Positions 7,155 through 14,361 of a DNA stretch of 14,361 nucleotides are shown here, in pieces. A program made the position numbers and the translations under genes. Each line of letters starts with the position of its first letter. The first letter of the stretch is position 1. Source of the stretch: Macrostomum lignano (taxonomy: Eukaryota); contig NIVC01005263.1 of the NCBI GenBank assembly GCA_002269645.1, positions 1 to 14,361 of the forward strand, given 5' to 3'. The notes under the pieces are model-generated. The model was given only the letters and a program-made list of their open reading frames with translations. It searched no databases and was not told the DNA's origin.

Positions 7155-8033
7155 TGGACATTTAAAGCTGAACCAAGATAAGTGGGCCATAGCAACTCGT
7201 AAATTTCTCACTGAGAAACTCGACTGAGAGCAAAACTTAGCAAACTTAGTCTATGGCCCAATGATATTCTAGCTTTGCATGATAAATGCAATCATCTGTA
7301 CCGCTAACTATTTGGCTAGCAGTATTGCAGTGGATATTTCATTTTTTTAGAACCCTCATTTCACTACTGTTCGGATCTTGCATGCTTTATTGTGTGTGTT
7401 AAATGTTTTGCTGTAAATTTCCACCCATATTTGGATACTCCTGTAACACCCAGCTGACCTTAGCTGACCCCGAATTAAAAAGACTTTTGTTAAACAACTT
7501 TAACTGTGAAGATTTGAGTCACTTCTGATACACTAGATAAAATATAGACTGCCCACATCTACTACCACATATTCTATAGAAATGTATCATAAAATAGAAT
7601 TCAATAATATTTTACCTTCCTTAGGGCACCGCAAACATGTATAGACTCTTTTCTGTGAGCTTAGTAAACTCAATAAATCAGCATATAGCTTTGAGTATAA
7701 ACTGATACGCTATGCAAGTTATCTTTATCAACCCCGTTCGTCAGTGCTTAGATAACCTGTCACTGTGCAGGGCTGTTGAGTGCAGAATCAACCGCTCAAT
7801 TCATCATTTCTGACTTCGAGAGCTACTAAGAAACTATATACGTCCGGAGGAGAAGTACATGCAGGGAGAATTTCATAGAAAGCTCTTGATTCACGATTGA
7901 AGGTCTGCGTGAATTTGCAGGCAGTATTTTTCATTTTATTCCTATTTAATTTAATCAGCAAAGTTTCAGATGAATAATCAGGTTGAAATCCTTGAGAAGG
8001 GATTGAGTTGAGTTTAGTTGAGTAGCTTTTTAT

Positions 8034-9726
8034 CCCTCTATGACTCTCCTCCTCTCTATGACTCTCCCCTCTCTATGACCCGCCCTCTCTATGACTCTCC
8101 CCTCTCTATGACTCTCCCCTCTCTATGACTCTCCCCCTCTCTATGACTCTCCCCTCTCTATGACTCTCCCCTCTCTATGACTCTCCCCCTCTCTATGACT
8201 CTCCCCTCTCTATGACTCTCCCCTCTCTATGACTCTCCCCTCTCTATGACTCTCCCCCTCTCTATGACTCTCCCCTCTCTATGACTCTCCCCTCTCTATG
8301 ACTCTCCCCTCTCTATGACTCTCCCCCTCTCTATGACTCTCCCCCTCTCTATGACTCTCCCCCTCTCTATGACTCTCCCCTCTCTATGACTCTCCCCCTC
8401 TCTATGACTCTCCCCCTCTCTATGACTCTCCCCTCTCTATGACTCTCCCCCTCTCTATGACTCTCCCCTCTCTATGACTCTCCCCCTCTCTATGACTCTC
8501 CCCCTCTCTATGACTCTCCCCCTCTCTATGACTCTCCCCTCTCTATGACTCTCCCCCTCTCTATGACTCTCCCCCTCTCTATGACTCTCCCCTCTCTATG
8601 ACTCTCCCCTCTCTATGACTCTCCCCTCTCTATGACTCTCCCCCTCTCTATGACTCTCTCCCTCTCTATGACTCTCCCCCTCTCTATGACTCTCGCCCTC
8701 TCTATGACTCTCCCCTCTCTATGACTCTCCCCCTCTCTATGACTCTCCCTCTCTATGACTCTCTCCCTCTCTATGACTCTCTCCCTCTCATGACTCTCCC
8801 CCTCTCATGACTCTCCCCCTCTTTATGACTCTCCGCCTCTCTATGACTCTCCCCTCTCATGACTCTCCCCCTCTCATGACTCTCCGCCTCTCTATGACTC
8901 TCCCCCTCTCATGACTCTCCCCCTTTCTATGACTGTCCCCCTCTCATGACTCTCTCCCTCTCTATGACTCTCCCCCTCTCTATGACTCTCCCCTCTCATG
9001 ACTCTCCCCCTCTCTATGACTCTCCGCCTCTCTATGACTCTCCTCTCTCTATGACTCTCCCCTTCTCTATGACTCTCCCCTCTCTATGACTCTCCCCCTC
9101 TCTATGACTCTCCCCTCTCTATGACTCTCCCCTCTCTATGACTCTCCCCCTCTCTATGACTCTCCCCTCTCTATGACTCTCCCCTCTCTATGACTCTCCC
9201 CCTCTCTATGACTCTCCCCTCTCTATGACTCTCCCCCTCTCTATGACTCTCTCCCTCTCTATGACTCTCCCCCTCTCTATGACTCTCGCCCTCTCTATGA
9301 CTCTCCCCTCTCTATGACTCTCCCCCTCTCTATGACTCTCCCCTCTCTATGACTCTCTCCCTCTCTATGACTCTCTCCCTCTCATGACTCTCCCCCTCTC
9401 ATGACTCTCCCCTCTTTATGACTCTCCGCCTCTCTATGACTCTCCCCCTCTCATGACTCTCCCCCTCTCATGACTCTCCGCCTCTCTATGACTCTCCCCC
9501 TCTCATGACTCTCCCCCTTTCTATGACTGTCCCCCTCTCATGACTCTCTCCCTCTCTATGACTCTCCCCTCTCTATGACTCTCCCTCTCATGACTCTCCC
9601 CCTCTCTATGACTCTCCGCCTCTCTATGACTCTCCTCTCTCTATGACTCTCCCCTTCTCTATGACTCTCCCCCTCTCTATGACTCTCCCCTCTCTATGAC
9701 TCTCCCCCTCTCTATGACTCTCCCCC
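8034..9726. repeat. 17/18-nt minisatellite ATGACTCTCCCC(C)TCTCT, roughly 95-100 copies
   Basis: Period 17-18 nt (ATG at 8281, 8298, 8315, 8333). Length variation lies in the C-run; diagnostic variant units occur in the 3' two-thirds. Confidence 0.97.
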
Positions 9727-9991
9727 TGTAGAGAATTTGCTGAATCACTCGTGGTTTGCAAACTTTAAGATATGCGAAGAAAACAAAAACGTGACTTCAC
9801 TCCAAGCCACCGACCGCGATATTTGTATGAGTAGCTAAGTTGAAGGTTAAATGTACACATAGAGGCGGGCTAACGCAGCAAAGTACATTCGTACATTTTG
9901 AGAGGGAGAGAGGGAGAGCTGATCAATAGCAATTGTTATGGATGAACGTATAGTAAAGAAGTACTCTGAGATCGCTTTTCCGCAACACCGC

Positions 9992-10075
9992 TCTCTATGA
10001 CTCTCCCCTCTTTATGACTCCCTCTCTATGACTCTCCCCTTGTCTCTATGACTCTCTACGTCTCTCTCTCTCTAT
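9992..10075. repeat. Degenerate outlier copies of the 17/18-nt minisatellite grading into CT-rich sequence
   Basis: CTCTCTATGACTCTCCCCTC..., about 4 copies, separated from the main array by ~265 nt of unique DNA. Confidence 0.85.
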
Positions 10076-10201
10076 GTCTTTCTTTCTCTTTATGATTCTG
10101 TTTCTCTCACTCCATAATATCTTTTTTACCCACTCGCTTTTATCTATTCATGAATTCTCTACTATAATCTCTCTCACCCTCTGTCCATGAGAAGAGTACT
10201 T

Positions 10202-10934
<733 letters not shown>

Positions 10935-11796
10935 ATGTCGTAGTCGTTCAATACTCGTATGGCACGACAGCTCAGCAGGTAATCCGATAGTGTACCTAAA
11001 GCCTTAGCCTACAGCCTACGAGCTAGCATGTATAGCAAAGTAATGTTAGTAAGCCTGCCCGCCTCGGTGTATATAAACTGACTAGGCCAAGCCTTAAACT
11101 CTTTTAGCAAGCCTTTAAGCTTTCTAAGGCCTCCTCTCAAACGATAGAGACCAGAGGACTTTACACTGCACTGATGGCCACTTGAAGCATTTTTACTGAG
11201 CACCAAAGGCTCAAGCGCGCCCGAATTTAACTGAAGTGATCGATTGGAGCCGCCAGCATCTGGCATTCAGAGCAATAAACACGATTTTGCACTTTTCGAT
11301 TTCTGTTCGTTAACCTCCATCGGGGGGGGGGAAGCAACGTCTTCTCCACTGCGCCTTTTAACCAGAATTGAAGAAGTAAAAGAGGAAGAAGAAGCCCTTC
11401 TTCAGTTCTTCAGCAGCAGCAGCAGTAGCGGTAAGGATAAAGCAAAAACACGTCAATCAACCTCTCTCCCTCAGCCAGAAGAACCCTTTACCTCGTTTCT
11501 TGCCCGGCATCGCAGTGTTGCCCCCCCCCCCAAGCCAGTCCTCGCGCTCTCTCTCTCCCTAGCTCTAGCGTAGCTATACTCGTGGTCTTCAATTCTCTTC
11601 CCTCTTCCCCCCCCCCTCATAAAATTCGGCTCTCCCCTAAACCAGTCCGGTCTCGACCGTCCACAGCTCCCTCCCCGAGGCTGTAAATTTGATTCGCGGC
11701 CGCTCTCGCTTCGTTGTTTCGATCTTCAATAGACGATAAATAAAAGCTAAAGCTGAAGCTCTGCTTATTGCCAAGGCCTCTCGCATTGAAACAAAA

Positions 11797-13233
11797 ATGC
11801 TGCTCAACTGCTTGGCGTTGCTACTTTGTTCTGCTAGTGGAGCTCACGCTGGTTGTTGCTGCTTTGGAGCCACCACAGGACCGGCTGCACCGTAGTCTGA
11901 TGCTTGAATACGATGCCAACACCCGCCAGTTCTGTCTGCCAGCGCCGTCCTAGGCGTCACCTTCAGTGTACAGATCAGCCGCCTGATGGATCTGGACGAG
12001 AAGAATCAGATCCTGCATTTAAATGCCGTTGTCATGGAGTCCTGGGTTGACAGCGTCTGGTCTGGCGGCGGCCTGACTTTGCAGAAATTCGGGACACCGT
12101 GCTGCCAGCCACCAGCGTCTGGCTGCCGACATCTACGTTTACAACAAGCGGATGCAACGAGGCTTTGTGCACGACAACAACAGTCGTGAGCGTGCACCAC
12201 TCCGGCGGGTGCTCTTGGACCATCCCGACCACAGTTCGCAGCTCCTGCAGTGTCGACGTGCTTACTTTCCATTCGATCATCAGTTTCTCGAGAGTGCTGT
12301 TCGCCTCGTGACTTACGACGCGTCCAGTTGGAATTGAGCTGCAAGACGGCCAGAGCGGAGTGGACATCTCCAAGCTGCAGGAGCACCAGGAGCTGAAACT
12401 CGCCGGCATAAAAATCAGCCGAAGTCGTCGAGAGATGCTCAACAATTTGACTTATCCAGTGCTGTCGCTCAAGCTGCACATCCAGCGCAAGGCTCTGTAT
12501 TTATTCATACACGGTCATCGCTCCCAGCATCATGCTGTGTCCTCACCATGTTCAGCTTCTGGCGTTATCAATTGAGAAATCCTGAACGTTTTCTTGTTTC
12601 TCTACTTCTCGCTGTTGATCGCCAAAACACGCCGGAATCGAACTCCACACCGTTGATTGGCATCTTCCTCAACATGGTGATGACGTTTGAACTCGCTGTC
12701 GCTCATCCTGGCTACTCTGGTCTCCACTGTGCACGGCAGAGGCCACCACGACCTTGTCCCGCGCGTCCCAGCCTGGCTGTGGCTGCTGGGCAGCGCCTGC
12801 TCGGTCCCCTCACCTTCAGCTTCCGCCCGAACGTGGCTGCTCAGCGAGTCCACCAGCGCTGAGACTTCAACGACGACGATGAACGAAGGACAGTCCGATA
12901 TTGACGACGCCAGCAAGAAGACTCCCCTGACGACACGATGGATGCACGGCAGCAGCAGCAGCGACTACGATGATGACTTGGAAGTCTCCGAGACCGATGA
13001 GATCAACGAGCCGGAGTCGGCGGCAACGGTGTGCAACAGGCGAGAGCAGCGGAACAAATGCGAGCAGCAGAAGTGGACCTACTTATCCGAGAGTGATCGA
13101 CAGATTTTTGTTCGAGTTCTACCTGTTGAGCACAGTGCTGAGCGTGCTCATTGTGTGCACATTCTGCCGCAGGCAAATAGTCGATCGATTCGATTTGAAA
13201 ACTTCTGATGCCTGGCCGATGCTGCAGTTGTAA
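11797..13233 (+). pseudogene. Intronless Cys-loop ligand-gated ion channel, nicotinic acetylcholine receptor-like non-alpha subunit; frameshifted (assembly errors or true pseudogene)
   Basis: Across frames: hydrophobic signal peptide from ATG 11797; QDRLHRSLMLEYDANTR(P)V; MDLDEKNQIL..W.D(Q)RLVW; SVWL(P)DIYVYN; SWTIPTTVRSSCSVDV.YFPFDHQ; FAS(W)TYD; LHIQRKALY; TM1 YTVIAPSIML..LTMFSFW; TM2 LNVFLFLYFSLLIAK; PESNSTPLIGIFLNMVMT/LNSLSLILATLV (TM3); acidic M3-M4 loop; QKWTYLS/RVIDRFLFEFYLLSTVLSVLIV (TM4); TAA 13231-13233. Family confidence is high; pseudogene status is uncertain. Confidence 0.85.
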
Positions 13234-13536
13234 GCAGTGGCAATATGTAGACAACACTGCCTTTGAAATAATCTTCACACATACTACAGAATGCAGATCT
13301 TATGTTGCTGAGATTATAAATCTCTGAAATCAATTCTATCGACAAACTCTGGAACCGTTTTGATTGACTGGAATCCTCCACAAAATTAAACGTCGTGATT
13401 TAACTCACTCTGGAACCTTCAAAGAACCCAATAAGAATCTGGAATCCCTGAATCCTTGAGGCGCAATGTTAGAGCCTTTTGAAAAGCTTTTAGAAATAAT
13501 TTCATCAATCCGGAGAAGCTGAATTAATTTAGACAA

Positions 13537-14361
13537 CCCTGGAACCAATCTAGACTCGCTGGAACCAATCTATAGCTCGTACTCGTAGATTCTTGGAACC
13601 AATCTAGACTGTCTGGGAACAATCTAAACTCTCCGAACCAATTTAGACTCTCTAGGAACCAATCTAGATGCTTTGGAACCAATCCAGACTCCATGAACCA
13701 GCCTAAACTTCCTGGAACCAAAACATAGATCCTTGGAACCAATCTAAACACTCTGGAACCAATCTAAACTTCCTGGAACCAACATAGACTCCTTGGAACC
13801 AATCTAAACACTCTACCAATCTAAACTTCCTGGAACCAAATAGACTCCTTGGAACCAATCTAAACTTCCTGGAACCAACATAGACTCCTTGCAACATCTA
13901 ACACTCTGGAACCAATCTAAACTTCCTGGAACCAACATAGACTCCTAGAACCAATCTAAACACTCTGGAACCAATCTAAACTTCCTGGAACCAACATAGA
14001 CTCCTTGGAACCAATCTAAACTTCCTGGAACCAACATAGCTCCTTGGAACCAATCTAAAACTCTGAACCAACCATAGACTCCTTGGAACCAATCTAAACT
14101 TCCTGGAACCAACATAGACTCCTTGGAACATCATCTAAACTTCCTGGAACCAACATAGCATCCTTGGAACCAATCTAAACTTCCTGGAACCAACACTAGA
14201 CTCCTTGAACAATCTAGACACTCTGGAAACCAATCTAAACTTCCTGGAACCAACATAACACTACTTGGAACCAATCTGAACTTCCTGGAACCAACATAGA
14301 CTCCTTCGAACCAATCTAGACACTCTGGAACAATCTAGACACTCTGAACCAATCTAAACTT
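13537..14361. repeat. 20-nt satellite with core GGAACCAA and three monomer variants, running off the window end
   Basis: For example 13741-13800 = AATCTAAACACTCTGGAACC / AATCTAAACTTCCTGGAACC / AACATAGACTCCTTGGAACC. About 40 monomers, with degenerate CTGGAA(T/C)C remnants back to ~13345. Confidence 0.95.

Noticed and set aside
11000-11132. Cluster of six AGCCT motifs
   Set aside because: Irregular spacing and only 5 nt long; cannot be distinguished from decayed simple repeat.
11058-11279. GC box (CCCGCC), TATATAAA at 11070-11077 and AATAAA at 11274-11279, an LTR- or promoter-like arrangement
   Set aside because: No TG...CA termini, primer-binding site, target-site duplication or second copy is visible. 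The TATA is ~720 nt from the receptor ATG, and short motifs arise by chance.
11244-11573. 109-aa ORF with EEEE and SSSSS runs
   Set aside because: Low-complexity purine and CAG runs, TTG start, no recognisable domain or splice context.
12006-12916. Minus-strand ORFs of 104-157 aa over the receptor gene
   Set aside because: Antisense shadows of GC-rich coding sequence. All recognisable motifs are on the + strand.
13537-14361. CRISPR-like appearance (constant GGAACCAA with variable intervening sequence)
   Set aside because: The intervening 12-mers are recurring variants, not unique spacers. The unit is only 20 nt, the context is eukaryotic, and there are no cas genes.

Overview
Eukaryotic (invertebrate animal) genomic DNA; no prokaryotic features were found. 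(1) Positions 1-6185 hold the 3' part of a spliced + strand titin-family muscle gene of kettin/sallimus type. It has three Ig-like I-set domains (the first partial) joined by kettin-like 'VT-x-(S/T)QLPG...L-x-x-LE' linkers, and a last Ig ending 'DFRPELKH'. A 2.2-kb exon follows with Q-rich, PPQVQVQ and EPEAKPA (PEVK-like) repeat blocks, then AATAAA. Exons were reconstructed by hand from GT/AG sites with consistent phases. (2) Positions ~6690-6930 carry three ~80-nt repeats that look like a frameshifted 27-aa coding repeat. (3) Positions 8034-10934 are a 17/18-nt minisatellite and a (CT)n/(AT)n microsatellite. (4) Positions 11797-13233 are an apparently intronless, non-alpha-type Cys-loop (nicotinic acetylcholine receptor-like) subunit broken by at least 12 small indels. 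(5) A 20-nt satellite runs from ~13537 to the window end. Most indels are 1-nt losses in short runs, so low-quality long-read consensus is at least as likely as real pseudogenisation. The most interesting candidates are an acidic 57-nt in-frame micro-exon inside an Ig domain, possible short/long isoform switches, and the hidden 27-aa repeat. Family assignments come from motif recognition, not database searches.
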